The position numbers were made by a program, and so were the translations under genes. DNA of 64,000 nt from Alphaproteobacteria bacterium (GTDB taxonomy: Bacteria > Pseudomonadota > Alphaproteobacteria > DATDPM01), in assembly GCA_036475545.1 (NCBI GenBank), contig JAZGAE010000155.1, positions 2,291 through 66,290 on the forward strand. Reading direction: 5' to 3'. This document shows, piece by piece, positions 8,852 through 19,213 of the stretch; position 1 is the first letter of the stretch; each line of letters opens with the position of its first letter. The notes below the pieces were generated by a model. It was not told the DNA's origin. It worked only from the letters and a program-made list of their open reading frames with translations, and did no database searches.

Positions 8852-10349
8852 CGGGGAGTTGGTCGGATTTCTCGTGATCGGAGAACTTGGTGGTCCGGCC
8901 CTCGAAGTGCAGCGTCACCTTGCCGGTGGGGCCGTGCCGCTGCTTGGCGGTGTGAATCTCTGCGAGGTTATAGACCTTGTCCATCGCCTGCGCCCATTCC
9001 TCGTGCTCCGCCGTGCCCTCTTTCGGCTGCTTGCGCTCGAGGTAATACTGCTCGCGGAAGATGAACATCACGACGTCGGCGTCCTGCTCGATGGAGCCCG
9101 ATTCGCGCAGGTCGGAGAGCTGCGGGCGATTGCCCTCGCGCTGCTCGACGGCTCGGCTGAGCTGCGAGAGCGCCAACACCGGCAGGTCGAGCTCCTTGGC
9201 GAGCGCCTTCAGGCCCCGCGTGATCTCGGAGATTTCCTGGACGCGGCTGTCGTAGCGCTTGCTGGCGGACGGCGTGATGAGTTGCAGATAGTCGACGACG
9301 ACGAGGCCGAGACCGTGCTGGCGCCTGAGCCGCCGCGCCCGGGTGCGGATGGCGGAAAGGGTGAGCGCGGGCGTGTCGTCGATGTAGAGGCGCAAGCTGC
9401 TGAGCTCCTGGCTCGCCCGGACCACCCTCTGGAAGTCGTCGTTGCTCAACTGCCCGCGACGGATCTTCTCCGACGGCAGCCCGGCTTCCTCCGAGAGAAT
9501 CCGGATCGTCAACTGCTCCGCCGACATCTCCAGCGAGAAGAATCCCACCACCGCACCGTCCACCGCGACCGGGTTTCCCAACTCGTCCCTTTCCTCGCGG
9601 TAGGCCTTGGCGGCGTTGAAGGCGATGTTGGTGGCGAGCGCGGTCTTTCCCATCGAGGGCCGCCCGGCGAGAATGACCAGGTCCGCGGCGTGCAGGCCGC
9701 CCAATTGATCGTCGAGGCCGCGCAAGCCGGTGGACACGCCGGTCAGCCGGCCCTCGCGCTTGTGGGCCGTCTCCGCCATCGTCACGGCGGAGGTGAGCGA
9801 GGCCTGGAAGGTCTGGAACCCGCCCTCGGTCTGGCCCGTGGTGGCGAGCTCGTAGAGGCCCCTCTCGGCCGTCTCGATCTGCTCGAGGGCGGTCGACTCG
9901 AGGTCGTGGATGTAGGCCGCGTTGACGATGTCCTCGCCGAGGCCGATGAGGTGCCGGCGCAGGAAGAGATCGTGAACCACGCGGGCGTAGTCGGTGGCGT
10001 TGATCACGGTCACGACCGAGCCGGCCAGCTGGGCGAGGTACTGGGTTCCGCCGATGTCGGCGAGCGTCCCGTCGGACTCGAAGAAGTTCTTGAGCGTCAC
10101 CAGGTCGGCGAGCTGGCCCTTGGCGATGAGCTTGCCGATGCCCTCGTAGATGCGGCCGTGCACGGGGTCGGCGAAGTGCTCGGAGCGCAGGAACTCCGAC
10201 ACCCTCTCGAAGGCCAGATTGTTCTCGAGGATGGCGCCGAGCAGGGCCTGCTCGGCCTCGTAGTTGCGCGGAGGCGGCTTGTAGCCGGGGGCGGCGCCCT
10301 CCTGGTCGCGCAGCGCCGTCACGTTCGTATCGGTCTGGTCCGGCTCCAT
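8838..10349 (-). CDS. dnaB: replicative DNA helicase
   Basis: 503 aa. N-terminal primase-interaction domain (EAEQALLGAIL). Walker A motif GRPSMGKTA. RecA-like C-terminal domain. Confidence 0.9.
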   Translation of the reverse strand: MEPDQTDTNVTALRDQEGAAPGYKPPPRNYEAEQALLGAILENNLAFERVSEFLRSEHFADPVHGRIYEGIGKLIAKGQLADLVTLKNFFESDGTLADIGGTQYLAQLAGSVVTVINATDYARVVHDLFLRRHLIGLGEDIVNAAYIHDLESTALEQIETAERGLYELATTGQTEGGFQTFQASLTSAVTMAETAHKREGRLTGVSTGLRGLDDQLGGLHAADLVILAGRPSMGKTALATNIAFNAAKAYREERDELGNPVAVDGAVVGFFSLEMSAEQLTIRILSEEAGLPSEKIRRGQLSNDDFQRVVRASQELSSLRLYIDDTPALTLSAIRTRARRLRRQHGLGLVVVDYLQLITPSASKRYDSRVQEISEITRGLKALAKELDLPVLALSQLSRAVEQREGNRPQLSDLRESGSIEQDADVVMFIFREQYYLERKQPKEGTAEHEEWAQAMDKVYNLAEIHTAKQRHGPTGKVTLHFEGRTTKFSDHEKSDQLPDAFA

Positions 10350-10445
10350 GGGGTGCAGACCATACCCAGACTACAGTGCGAAATTCACCATCTATTTTGC
10401 GGCCACCAAGCTTCTCCCCAGAAAATCTAGTCACAGCCTATTAAG
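10350..10445 (-). promoter_or_regulatory. putative dnaB promoter region: a lower-GC stretch downstream of a GC-rich hairpin (cfa terminator candidate near 10452-10478)
   Basis: There is a local GC drop (..cttaataggctgtgactagattttctgg.. on the minus strand) immediately upstream of the dnaB ATG. This is inferred from position only. Confidence 0.2.
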
Positions 10446-10503
10446 TTCGTGCATAAGCCGCCGCGCCCCCGCTACCGGGTGGGGCGGTTCCGGCGCCAAG
10501 CGG

Positions 10504-11736
10504 CTACTCCGCCGCCATGATCGCCTCGTCGGCCTGGGCGCGCTCGATGTCGGTGACGTAGTCGCGGGTCAGCGGCACCGCGTCCTGGCGCCGGGCGAGC
10601 TGCATCTGGAAGACCATGAGGCCCTCGTGCCGGAAGGCCATCTCGCTTGCCGCCAGATAGAACTCCCACATCCGGCAGAAGCGCTCGTCGTAGATCCTCT
10701 TTGCCTCGTCCCAGTGGGCGAGGAACCTTTGGCGCCACTGGCGCAACGTGTCCGCGTAATGGAGGCGGAGGATCTCGACGTCGGTGACCCACAGCCCCGA
10801 CGCCTCCACCGCCGCCATGACCTCCGAGAGCGCCGGGACGTACCCGCCGGGAAAGATGTACTTGCGGATCCAGGGGTTGGTGGCCCCCGGCTCGTCAGAG
10901 CGGCCGATGGAGTGGAGGAGCGCAACCCCGTCCGGGGCGAGGCGGTCGCGGAGTTGGCGGAAGAAGGTCCCGAATTGGGGCGCGCCGACATGCTCGAACA
11001 TGCCGACCGAGACGATCCGGTCGAAGACGCCCTCCTGCTCGCGGTAATCGCGGACGTGGAACCGCACCGTCTCGGACAGCCCGGCCTCGGCGGCGCGCCC
11101 GGCGGCGCGTTTGCACTGCTCCTCGGACAGCGTGATTCCGGTGACCTCGGCGCCCGTGGCCCGGGCAAGGTAGAGGGCCAGCCCGCCCCATCCCGATCCG
11201 ATGTCGAGGACCCGCATTCCGGGCTTCAGCAACAGCTTCGCCGCGATGTGGCGCATCTTGTTGGCCTGTGCCTTGTCGAGCCCCTCGTCCGGCTCGAGGA
11301 AGTAGGCGCAGGAGTACTGCCGCTCGGCATCCAGGAAGAGGGCGTACAAGCGTTCCGAGAGGTCGTAATGGTGCGCGACGTTGGACCGCGCCCGGCGCAC
11401 GGGGTTGAACTGATGCAGCCACCGCATGAGGCCTCTGGAGTCGGCGTACAACGCCGACAGGAGGTAGCGCGGCGCGGCGGCGAAATTCATTCCCGCGAGA
11501 GCGAGAAAGTCGTAGATGGTGGCGTCCTCCACCGTGAGCGTCCCGTCCATGTAGGCCTCGCCGGCGACGAGCCGCGGGTTGAGGAAGAGGCGGCGGTGAA
11601 GAGAGCGGTCGTGCAGCCGGATGGTGACGGCCGGCCCGGGTGTGCCCGAAAATTCGTGCAGCTTGCCGCGAGCGTCGATCACCCGCAGGGTGCCGATGCC
11701 GATAAGGTGCCTGAGAAAATACGAGAGCAAAAACAC
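10504..11736 (-). CDS. cfa: cyclopropane-fatty-acyl-phospholipid synthase
   Basis: 410 aa. SAM-binding motif VLDIGSGWGG. Full-length resemblance to Cfa/mycolic acid cyclopropane synthases. Confidence 0.8.
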   Translation of the reverse strand: MFLLSYFLRHLIGIGTLRVIDARGKLHEFSGTPGPAVTIRLHDRSLHRRLFLNPRLVAGEAYMDGTLTVEDATIYDFLALAGMNFAAAPRYLLSALYADSRGLMRWLHQFNPVRRARSNVAHHYDLSERLYALFLDAERQYSCAYFLEPDEGLDKAQANKMRHIAAKLLLKPGMRVLDIGSGWGGLALYLARATGAEVTGITLSEEQCKRAAGRAAEAGLSETVRFHVRDYREQEGVFDRIVSVGMFEHVGAPQFGTFFRQLRDRLAPDGVALLHSIGRSDEPGATNPWIRKYIFPGGYVPALSEVMAAVEASGLWVTDVEILRLHYADTLRQWRQRFLAHWDEAKRIYDERFCRMWEFYLAASEMAFRHEGLMVFQMQLARRQDAVPLTRDYVTDIERAQADEAIMAAE

Positions 11737-11962
11737 CCGCGTCCCTCTCCGTCCCTTCGGAACGGCCGGTCACGGGCACGGCGCGCCCGGTCGAGCCGGC
11801 CGCATGCTTAGGAGTGGGATTTTACCTCAATCCGCTCAGGTTTTCCATAATCGGACGGGGTGCGGGTCTCATCGGCAGGGTAGGACCGGGCGGCGGGCAA
11901 GGCATTCCGCGCCGTCCGGCCTCGGCGCGTGCCGCCGCATCCGGGGCGGGCAAAGGGCGCGC

Positions 11963-12643
11963 CTAATCCGCCTTTTGCTCCTTTTCGCCGGGAGGCTCGG
12001 CCGCGGCCTCCTCGCCCTCTGCGGTCTCGGCGCCCGCCTCGCCAGGCGCCTCGGCCTCTTCGGCGGGGCGTTTCGCCTTCGCCCGTTTCGCAGGGCCGGC
12101 CTTGCCCTTTGGGGCCTCGGCGGGCGGCGGCGCCTCCGCGGCCGCTTCCCCCTCGGCCGCCTTCTCGGCGGCTTCCTTGGCCTGGGCCTTGGCCTCCTCC
12201 TCGGTCTTGGCCACGTTGATGGTCACCGTGACGGTCACTTCCGGATGCAGGGAGATACGGACGTCGTAAAGGCCGAGGGCCTTTATCGGACTGTCCAGCT
12301 GGATCTGGTTGCGCGTGACCGTGAACCCGGTCTCGTCAAGCGCCGCGGCGAGATCGCGGGTCGTCACCGACCCGTAAAGCTGGCCGCTTTCGCCGGCCTG
12401 GCGGACCAACACCAGGCTCAGGCCGTCGAGCTTCCCGGCCACTGCCTCGGCCTCGCCGCGGTGCTCGAGATTCGTCGCTTCGAGTTGGCCCCGCTGGCTT
12501 TCGAAGTGGGCGAGGTTATCCGGTGTCGCCCGCATCGCCTTCTTCTGCGGCAGAAGGTAATTGCGGGCGAAGCCCGGTTTCACCCGTACCACGTCGCCCA
12601 TCTGGCCGAGCCTTTCGATGCGTTCCAACAGGATCACCTCCAT
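11963..12643 (-). CDS. rplI: 50S ribosomal protein L9 with a long acidic/Ala/Lys/Pro-rich C-terminal extension
   Basis: N-terminus [32 protein letters not shown]. The ATG at 12641-12643 overlaps the upstream gene's TGA. The C-terminal ~75 aa are low-complexity ([33 protein letters not shown]...). Confidence 0.85.
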   Translation of the reverse strand: MEVILLERIERLGQMGDVVRVKPGFARNYLLPQKKAMRATPDNLAHFESQRGQLEATNLEHRGEAEAVAGKLDGLSLVLVRQAGESGQLYGSVTTRDLAAALDETGFTVTRNQIQLDSPIKALGLYDVRISLHPEVTVTVTINVAKTEEEAKAQAKEAAEKAAEGEAAAEAPPPAEAPKGKAGPAKRAKAKRPAEEAEAPGEAGAETAEGEEAAAEPPGEKEQKAD

Positions 12644-13584
12644 CACTCATCCTCCTTCCCGGAGTCCTTGGCCCTCAAATATCGGCGGAATCCGGCCCAT
12701 TGATCGGTGAGGCCCAGGCCCGCCACCAGAACCACCGGCCACCCGAATACGATCAGGAACAGGTAGAACATTGCCAGGATCATCGGGCCGCCCTTAATCC
12801 TGCGCACCACGGCATGTACCACACCGAGGCCCGCGAAGAAAAACGGGACGGCCAGGATGATGACCATGTTCCAGCCGATGAACCCGAGGGCGCCGTCGCC
12901 GAACCAGGCGAGGAGCGCAGCCACCGCCAGCGCCACGGTCATCCATCGGGGGAGCTCCAGCGCGGCGATGTCCGGGCTTGGCCGGAGAGCCCGCCCGAAA
13001 CGCGCAAGAACCCCTTGGGCGAGGGCCCCGTTGACGGTCACGACGATCATCCAGGTCGCGACCACAACGCCTGGAACGTAGGGGGCGGCGGCCTCGGCGA
13101 AGGCCGCGATTCGGGCGGGGTCTTGGTCGATAGCCAGCTGCTCCAAGGCCTGCGCAACGGCCGCCCGGACGTACGCCTCGAGTCCGCCTTCGGCGCCTGA
13201 GAACAGAATCGCCGCCACGGCGAACAGGGCCGCGCCGAGCCCGGTGAGCCAGGCCACCAGCAAGCCCGGTGGATACCATTCCAGCCCGCCATCCGCCGTC
13301 GCCTTCGACAACAATGCCCGCCGGGTCACCAGCACCGCCGGGGCGGCGTTCACCAGGGCATAGATGACGGCGGCGAGGGAGCCGCCGATCAGCCCCGCCG
13401 CCACGGTCCCGGCGATGGCGGAGAAGGCGCTTGCCGTGGCCCCGAGGCCCAACCCCGCGAGGAACAGCGGGAGCTGGGCGAGATTGAAAAGGATTACGGC
13501 GCCCGGAAGTCCGGTCAGGGCCGAGAGATACATCAGGCCGCTCAAGAGGCCCGCGCCGAGGATGGCCAGCGTCTCCTTCGACAT
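12643..13584 (-). CDS. DUF2232-family polytopic membrane protein (conserved between rpsR and rplI in alphaproteobacteria)
   Basis: 313 aa, very hydrophobic, with multiple predicted TM helices. The family assignment rests on its position in the rpsF-rpsR-x-rplI cluster. Confidence 0.55.
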   Translation of the reverse strand: MSKETLAILGAGLLSGLMYLSALTGLPGAVILFNLAQLPLFLAGLGLGATASAFSAIAGTVAAGLIGGSLAAVIYALVNAAPAVLVTRRALLSKATADGGLEWYPPGLLVAWLTGLGAALFAVAAILFSGAEGGLEAYVRAAVAQALEQLAIDQDPARIAAFAEAAAPYVPGVVVATWMIVVTVNGALAQGVLARFGRALRPSPDIAALELPRWMTVALAVAALLAWFGDGALGFIGWNMVIILAVPFFFAGLGVVHAVVRRIKGGPMILAMFYLFLIVFGWPVVLVAGLGLTDQWAGFRRYLRAKDSGKEDE

Positions 13585-13612
13585 GGATTTCCCTTAGGCG
13601 CCCGGCGCCGGC

Positions 13613-13888
13613 CTACTTGAAGACGTACGGCAAGAGCGCCAGGAACCGGGCGCGCTTGATGGCTTTCGCGAGCTCACGCTGCTTCTTGCCGGAAACCGCC
13701 GTAATGCGGCTGGGCACGATCTTGCCCCGTTCGGAAAGGAAACGTTGCAGGAGCTTCAAGTCCTTGTAGTCGATCTTCGGCGCATGGGGCCCCGAAAACG
13801 GGCAGCTCTTGCGGCGCCGGAAGAATGGCCGCCGTGCCGCCGAGCCCCTCCGCTCACCCGGTCTTGCGGAACGCGGTCGGAATGCCAT
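13613..13888 (-). CDS. rpsR: 30S ribosomal protein S18
   Basis: 91 aa. Arg-rich N-terminus and the motif CPFSG...IDYKDLKLL...[12 protein letters not shown]. Confidence 0.9.
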   Translation of the reverse strand: MAFRPRSARPGERRGSAARRPFFRRRKSCPFSGPHAPKIDYKDLKLLQRFLSERGKIVPSRITAVSGKKQRELAKAIKRARFLALLPYVFK

Positions 13889-14472
13889 TATGACTCGGCT
13901 CCTTCCGGTTCTTCCTGCTCGGTTGTGGCTTTGCCGACTTTTGTCTCTTCCGGTGTCTCTTTCGAGGGACCCGCTCCTTCCTTCTCTTCAACAGCGGTCC
14001 GCTTGCTCTTGTCGGTCGCTTCGCCGCGCTCCTCCTTGCTCTCGCGCCGTTCACGCTCTTCGCGGCCGTCGCGCCGTCCGCGTTCGTCGCGGCCATCGCG
14101 CCGTCCCCGTTCGTCGCGGCCGTCGCGCCGTCCCCGTTCGTCGCGGGACGCGCGGGACTGCATTACAACGGACGGACCGGTCTCGAGCTCGTCCACCCTG
14201 AGGGTGAGAAACCGCAGCACGTCCTCGTTGATCCGCATCTGGCGCTCCATCTCCTGGACCGCCGACCACGGAGCGTCGATGTTGAACAGGACGTAATGTC
14301 CCTTGCGGTTCTTCTTGATCCTGTAGGCGAGGCTCCTGAGCCCCCAGTGTTCCTTCTTGGTCACCTCGCCGCCGTTCTCCTTGACTACGGAGGCGAAGCG
14401 CTCCGCGAGGCCCTCGACCGCCGATGCCGAGATGTCCTGGCGCGCGATGAATACGTTTTCGTAATAAGCCAA
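13888..14472 (-). CDS. rpsF: 30S ribosomal protein S6 with a repetitive charged C-terminal tail
   Basis: N-terminus [13 protein letters not shown]. The TAA stop overlaps the rpsR ATG (TAATG). The C-terminus carries RDERGRRDG x3, encoded by a 27-nt tandem repeat. Confidence 0.9.
   Translation of the reverse strand: MAYYENVFIARQDISASAVEGLAERFASVVKENGGEVTKKEHWGLRSLAYRIKKNRKGHYVLFNIDAPWSAVQEMERQMRINEDVLRFLTLRVDELETGPSVVMQSRASRDERGRRDGRDERGRRDGRDERGRRDGREERERRESKEERGEATDKSKRTAVEEKEGAGPSKETPEETKVGKATTEQEEPEGAES
14054..14158 (-). repeat. In-frame 27-nt tandem repeat (about 3.9 copies) inside rpsF
   Basis: Units of cgttcgtcgcggcc(g/a)tcgcgccgtccc repeat head-to-tail from 14054 to 14158 and encode the RDERGRRDG repeats. 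Confidence 0.8.
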
Positions 14473-14705
14473 GCAACTGACTCCTTCTGGCTGTTACGCG
14501 GCCCGGCGCTCATCGAACCTGTCGAATACAGCCGCCCGGGCCTAGCCGGCCAAGCCGGCAAGGAGCTAAAGCCGGCCGCACTATACAGAATACCCGCATC
14601 CGCGCAAGACCGCGGGATGGGACGCCGGGCCGGCTTGACAGCCTGCGGCCAGTCGTGGTGACTGTTCGCCCCTTCGAATGCCCGCGATGGGGTGGCCGGT
14701 CAGGG

Positions 14706-15653
14706 ATGGCACGCGCGTTCGTATTTCCGGGGCAGGGGTCCCAGGCCGTCGGCATGGGGCGTGATCTGGCCGACGCCTTCCCCGCCGCAAGGCGAGTCTT
14801 CGGGGAGGTGGACGAGGCGCTCCACCAGAATCTCAGCCGGCTCATGTTCGAGGGGCCGGAGGACGAACTCACCCTCACCGAGAACGCCCAGCCGGCGCTG
14901 ATGGCCGTGAGCCTGGCGGTCGTGCGCACGCTCGCGGAGGGAGGCGCGGAGGTGGCCGCGGCGTGTCCCTTCGTGGCCGGCCATTCGCTGGGCGAATACT
15001 CGGCGCTCACCGCCGCCGGGGCGCTCAAGCTGGCCGACGCCGGGCGGCTCCTGAAGGTTCGCGGCCAAGCCATGCAGAGGGCGGTTCCCGTGGGCGAGGG
15101 GGCGATGGCGGCGCTCATTGGCCTCGACCTTGGCGACGTCATCGAAGTGGCCGCCGCCGCGGTGGCGGGGTCGCAAGACGAGGTCTGCGCGGCCGCCAAC
15201 GACAACGCGCCCGGCCAGGTGGTAGTGAGCGGGTCGCGGGCCGCCGTCGAGCGCGCCGTCGCCATCGCTGCCGAGCGAGGCGCCAAGCGCGGCGTCATGC
15301 TGCCGGTGAGCGCACCGTTCCATTGCGCGCTGATGGCGCCCGCGGCCGAGGTCATGGCCGAGTCGCTAAAGGCCGTCTCGCTCAAGGCTCCGGTCGTGCC
15401 GCTGATCGCCAACGTGACCGCCGAGCCCGTCCGGGACCCCGATGTCATCCGCCGCCTTTTGGTGGAACAGGTCACCACCATGGTGCGCTGGCGCGAGAGT
15501 GTGCTCTACATGGTCGATCACGGTATCGACACCCTGGTGGAGCTCGGCGCCGGACGCGTGCTGACGGGCCTCGCCCGGCGCATCAACCGGGATCTCACCG
15601 CAATGGCGATACAGACACCGGCGGATATCGAGTCGCTGTTCGCGACCCTGTGA
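14706..15653 (+). CDS. fabD: malonyl CoA-acyl carrier protein transacylase
   Basis: The start MARAFVFPGQGSQ is at 14706; the track ORF starts further upstream at 14655. Active-site motif GHSLGEYSAL. Sits at the head of the fabD-fabG-acpP-fabF cluster. Confidence 0.9.
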   Translation: MARAFVFPGQGSQAVGMGRDLADAFPAARRVFGEVDEALHQNLSRLMFEGPEDELTLTENAQPALMAVSLAVVRTLAEGGAEVAAACPFVAGHSLGEYSALTAAGALKLADAGRLLKVRGQAMQRAVPVGEGAMAALIGLDLGDVIEVAAAAVAGSQDEVCAAANDNAPGQVVVSGSRAAVERAVAIAAERGAKRGVMLPVSAPFHCALMAPAAEVMAESLKAVSLKAPVVPLIANVTAEPVRDPDVIRRLLVEQVTTMVRWRESVLYMVDHGIDTLVELGAGRVLTGLARRINRDLTAMAIQTPADIESLFATL

Positions 15654-15674
15654 TCGGGAAGGGGAGGGTTCATC

Positions 15675-16412
15675 ATGTTCGACCTCAGTGGAAAACGCGC
15701 CCTCGTGACCGGCGCCAGCGGCGGCATCGGCGGGGCCATGGCCCGGGCGTTCCACGCGCGGGGCGCGGACGTGACCCTATCGGGGACCCGTGTCGACGCG
15801 CTCGAGGCCCTCGCGGGCGACCTCGGGGAGCGCGCCTTCGCGGTTCCCGCGGACCTGGCCGATGCGGGAGCGGCCGAGCGACTTGCCGCGGAGGCCTGCA
15901 CCGCGATGGGCGGGGTCGATATCCTCGTCAACAATGCCGGGATCACCCGCGACGCCCTGGTGATGCGGATGAAGGACGAGGACTGGCAGGCCGTGCTCGA
16001 CGTCAACCTCACCGCCGGCTTCCGCCTCGCGCGCGCCTGCCTCAGGGACATGATCAAGCGGCGTTGGGGCCGGATCATCGGGATCACCTCGGTCGTCGGC
16101 GTCACCGGGAACCCGGGCCAGGCCAACTACGCCGCCGCCAAGGCCGGGATGATCGGCATGACCAAGTCGCTGGCCGCCGAGGTCGCCTCCCGCGGCATTA
16201 CGGTCAACTGCATCGCCCCCGGCTTCATCACCACCGCCATGACCGACAAGCTCCCGGACGAGCAAAAGCAGCGCCTGCTTGCGCGAATCCCCGCCGGCGC
16301 CTTCGGCACGCCTGGGGACGTGGCCGCCTGCGCCGTTTTCCTGGCCTCGGAGGAGGCCGCTTATCTCACCGGCCAAACCTTGCATGTCAATGGGGGAATG
16401 GCGATGATATAG
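15675..16412 (+). CDS. fabG: 3-oxoacyl-ACP reductase
   Basis: 245 aa SDR. Motifs TGASGGIG, NNAG and YAAAKAG. Position within the fab cluster. Confidence 0.9.
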   Translation: MFDLSGKRALVTGASGGIGGAMARAFHARGADVTLSGTRVDALEALAGDLGERAFAVPADLADAGAAERLAAEACTAMGGVDILVNNAGITRDALVMRMKDEDWQAVLDVNLTAGFRLARACLRDMIKRRWGRIIGITSVVGVTGNPGQANYAAAKAGMIGMTKSLAAEVASRGITVNCIAPGFITTAMTDKLPDEQKQRLLARIPAGAFGTPGDVAACAVFLASEEAAYLTGQTLHVNGGMAMI

Positions 16413-16585
16413 CGCCGTTTCGGGTAATCTCGGCGGGTGCTGGTCAATATCGAGAAAGTGTGATACGTAACCGCGCCTTCTGAGCCGAAGACGCCGGTCG
16501 GGGGCTAGTTCAGGGGAGGTGTTCCGGCCCACCCCGGGACCGGTTTCGTGTGTTTCAGTCATATCAAGTCCGAGGGATTGGATTC

Positions 16586-16822
16586 ATGGGTGATGATATC
16601 GCCGAACGCGTAAAGAAGATTGTCGTCGAGCATCTCGGCGTCGACGAGTCCAAGGTGACCGACGGCGCCAGCTTCATTGATGACCTGGGCGCCGACAGCC
16701 TTGACACGGTGGAGCTGGTGATGGCGTTCGAGGAGGAATTCGGCTGTGAGATTCCGGACGACGCCGCCGAGAAGATTCTGACCGTCAAGGACGCGATCAA
16801 TTACATCGGGAACAATGTCTGA
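16586..16822 (+). CDS. acpP: acyl carrier protein
   Basis: 78 aa starting [13 protein letters not shown]. Phosphopantetheine-attachment motif [15 protein letters not shown]. The track ORF begins 12 codons upstream at 16550. Confidence 0.9.
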   Translation: MGDDIAERVKKIVVEHLGVDESKVTDGASFIDDLGADSLDTVELVMAFEEEFGCEIPDDAAEKILTVKDAINYIGNNV

Positions 16823-16825
16823 TTC

Positions 16826-16862
16826 GACGGGCGCTTCCGCGCCCGGCCCGCCTCCGCCTTTC
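16826..16862 (+). terminator. GC hairpin after acpP (cgggcgc-ttcc-gcgcccg), a candidate terminator/attenuator before fabF
   Basis: A perfect 7-bp stem with a 4-nt loop at 16828-16845, followed by ..cctttctc. Confidence 0.35.
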
Positions 16863-16885
16863 TCACTAGACTTGCCACCATCTCC

Positions 16886-18148
16886 ATGAGACGGGTCGTC
16901 ATTACCGGCATGGGAATGGTGACCCCCTTGGCCTGCGGGGTCAAACATAACTGGGACCGCTTGATCGACGGCCAGTCCGGTATCCGGGCGATCACTTCCT
17001 TCGACGCCTCCGATCTCGCCTCGAAGATCGCCGGACAGGTTCCGCGCGGCGAAGGAGGCAACGGGCTCTTCAATCCCGACGATTGGGTCGAGCCCAAGGA
17101 ACAGCGCAAAATAGAGGAATTCATCCTCTTCGCGCTGACCGCCGCGGCCGAGGCGGTGGCGGACGCGGGCTGGACGCCGCAGGACGAGGACTCGCTTGAG
17201 CGAACCGGGGTCATGATCGGTTCCGGCATAGGGGGCCTGTCCGGCATCGCCGAGATGGCGATCACGCTTCACGAGAAAGGGCCGCGCCGCGTCAGCCCCT
17301 TCTTCATTCCCTCCTGCCTCATCAATCTGGCGTCCGGCCACGTCGCGATCAGGAACGGCTTCAAGGGGCCGACTCATTCCGTGGTCACGGCGTGCTCGTC
17401 GGGCGCGCACGCCATCGGCGACGCGGCGCGGCTCATCCAATGGGACGATGCCGATGTGATGGTGGCCGGCGGCACGGAGGGCGCCATCTGCCGGCTGGGC
17501 GTCGCAGGGTTCGCGGCGGCACGGGCGCTGTCGACCCATTTCAATGACACGCCCGCGCGCGCGTCCCGCCCCTGGGACAAGGATCGCGACGGCTTCGTCG
17601 TGGCCGAGGGTGCCGGCGTCGTCGTCCTCGAGGAGCTCGGGCACGCCAGGCGCCGCGGCGCTACGATTTACGGCGAAGTGATCGGCTACGGGCTTTCCGG
17701 CGACGCCTATCACATCACGGCGCCCGCCGCCGACGGCACCGGAGCGTTTCGGGCCATGGCCGGTGCGCTCAAGTCCGCCCGGCTCGACCCCGAGGATATC
17801 GATTACATCAACGCCCACGGCACCTCGACGCCGCTGGGCGACAAGATCGAGCTTGACGCCGTGAAACGGGTATTCGGGGAGGCCGCGCACAAGCTCTCCA
17901 TGTCGTCGACCAAGTCGGCCATGGGGCACCTGCTGGGCGGCGCCGGGAGCGTCGAGGCCATCTTCTGCATCCTCGCCATGGCCAACGGCGTCGTTCCCCC
18001 GACGCTCAACCTCGATAATCCCTCGGAGGGGTGCGATCTGGATCTGGTGCCGAACGGGGCCAAGGAACGCGTGGTCCGCAAAGCGCTCTCCAACTCCTTC
18101 GGTTTCGGCGGGACCAACGCCACCGTGGTGTTCGGCCCGCCGCCTTGA
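16886..18148 (+). CDS. fabF: 3-oxoacyl-ACP synthase II
   Basis: 420 aa. Active-site Cys in TACSSGAHAIGDA. His motifs (NAHGTSTP, GHLLGGAG). Confidence 0.9.
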   Translation: MRRVVITGMGMVTPLACGVKHNWDRLIDGQSGIRAITSFDASDLASKIAGQVPRGEGGNGLFNPDDWVEPKEQRKIEEFILFALTAAAEAVADAGWTPQDEDSLERTGVMIGSGIGGLSGIAEMAITLHEKGPRRVSPFFIPSCLINLASGHVAIRNGFKGPTHSVVTACSSGAHAIGDAARLIQWDDADVMVAGGTEGAICRLGVAGFAAARALSTHFNDTPARASRPWDKDRDGFVVAEGAGVVVLEELGHARRRGATIYGEVIGYGLSGDAYHITAPAADGTGAFRAMAGALKSARLDPEDIDYINAHGTSTPLGDKIELDAVKRVFGEAAHKLSMSSTKSAMGHLLGGAGSVEAIFCILAMANGVVPPTLNLDNPSEGCDLDLVPNGAKERVVRKALSNSFGFGGTNATVVFGPPP

Positions 18149-18154
18149 TGTGGC

Positions 18155-19213
18155 ATGGGGCGGGTCCTGGCGCGCTTGGGCATCGTTTTCACGGCCGCCG
18201 CGGCCGTCGTCGCGGGCGCCTTTCTTTGGGGCACCGCCCGCTTCGTCCAACCCGGTCCGCTCGCGGCTCCCACCACCGTGATCGTGCCTAGGGGCGCCGG
18301 GCTCGAGGAGATCGCCGCGCTGCTGGCGCGCGAAGGGGTGATCGACGAGCCGCTGCTGTTCACCATGGCGGTGCGATTCTCCGGCGGCGACAGGAGTCTC
18401 AAGGCCGGCGAGTACGCCGTGCCCGCGCGCATCGACGGGCGCCACGTCATGGGACTGCTCCAGAGTGGCAAGACGGTGGTGCGCCGTCTCACCGTGGTCG
18501 AGGGCCTCACGTCGCCGCAAGTGCTGGCCCGGATCGCGGCGACGGAGGGACTCGTCGGGCCTCTGCCCGAGTCTCCGGGCGACGGCCGGATGCTGCCGGA
18601 GACCTATCATTTTTCCTATGGCGACACGCGCCTCGACGTGGTCGCCCGCATGGTCCGCGCCATGGACGGGACCCTCGACGAACTCTGGACCAAGCGCGCC
18701 CCCGGCCTCCCGTTCGACACGGTGGAAGAGGCGCTCGTGCTCGCCTCCATCATCGAGAAGGAGACGGCTCGCCACGACGAACGCGCCCGCATCGCTGCGG
18801 TGTTCGTCAACCGCATGGAGAAGGGGATGCGGCTGCAATCCGACCCCACGGTGGCCTACGCGCTCGCCGGGGGCGCCGGCCCGCTGGACCGCCCCTTGAC
18901 GCGGGCCGATCTGGAGATCGAGCACCCTTACAACACCTATGTGATCGACGGCCTGCCGCCCGGCCCGATCACCAACCCGGGCCGCGCCTCGATCGCCGCC
19001 GCGCTCAACCCGGCGCCGACCAACGACCTCTATTTCGTCGCCGACGGCAGCGGCGGCCACGTCTTCGCGGAAACCCTGGAGGAGCACAACCGCAACGTCG
19101 TCCGCTGGCGCCAGATCCGCAGACGGTCGCGCGAGGCGGGCGGGACCGGCGCCGCCGAATCGCCTCCGGGGTCTAGCGGTTCCTCCCAAGACGGCGCATC
19201 AGCGAGTCCGTAA
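18155..19213 (+). CDS. mltG: endolytic murein transglycosylase MltG (YceG family)
   Basis: N-terminal TM segment and YceG-like domain (EYAVPARIDG...LTVVEGLT...FVADGSGGHVF). Conserved position after fabF. Confidence 0.8.
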   Translation: MGRVLARLGIVFTAAAAVVAGAFLWGTARFVQPGPLAAPTTVIVPRGAGLEEIAALLAREGVIDEPLLFTMAVRFSGGDRSLKAGEYAVPARIDGRHVMGLLQSGKTVVRRLTVVEGLTSPQVLARIAATEGLVGPLPESPGDGRMLPETYHFSYGDTRLDVVARMVRAMDGTLDELWTKRAPGLPFDTVEEALVLASIIEKETARHDERARIAAVFVNRMEKGMRLQSDPTVAYALAGGAGPLDRPLTRADLEIEHPYNTYVIDGLPPGPITNPGRASIAAALNPAPTNDLYFVADGSGGHVFAETLEEHNRNVVRWRQIRRRSREAGGTGAAESPPGSSGSSQDGASASP

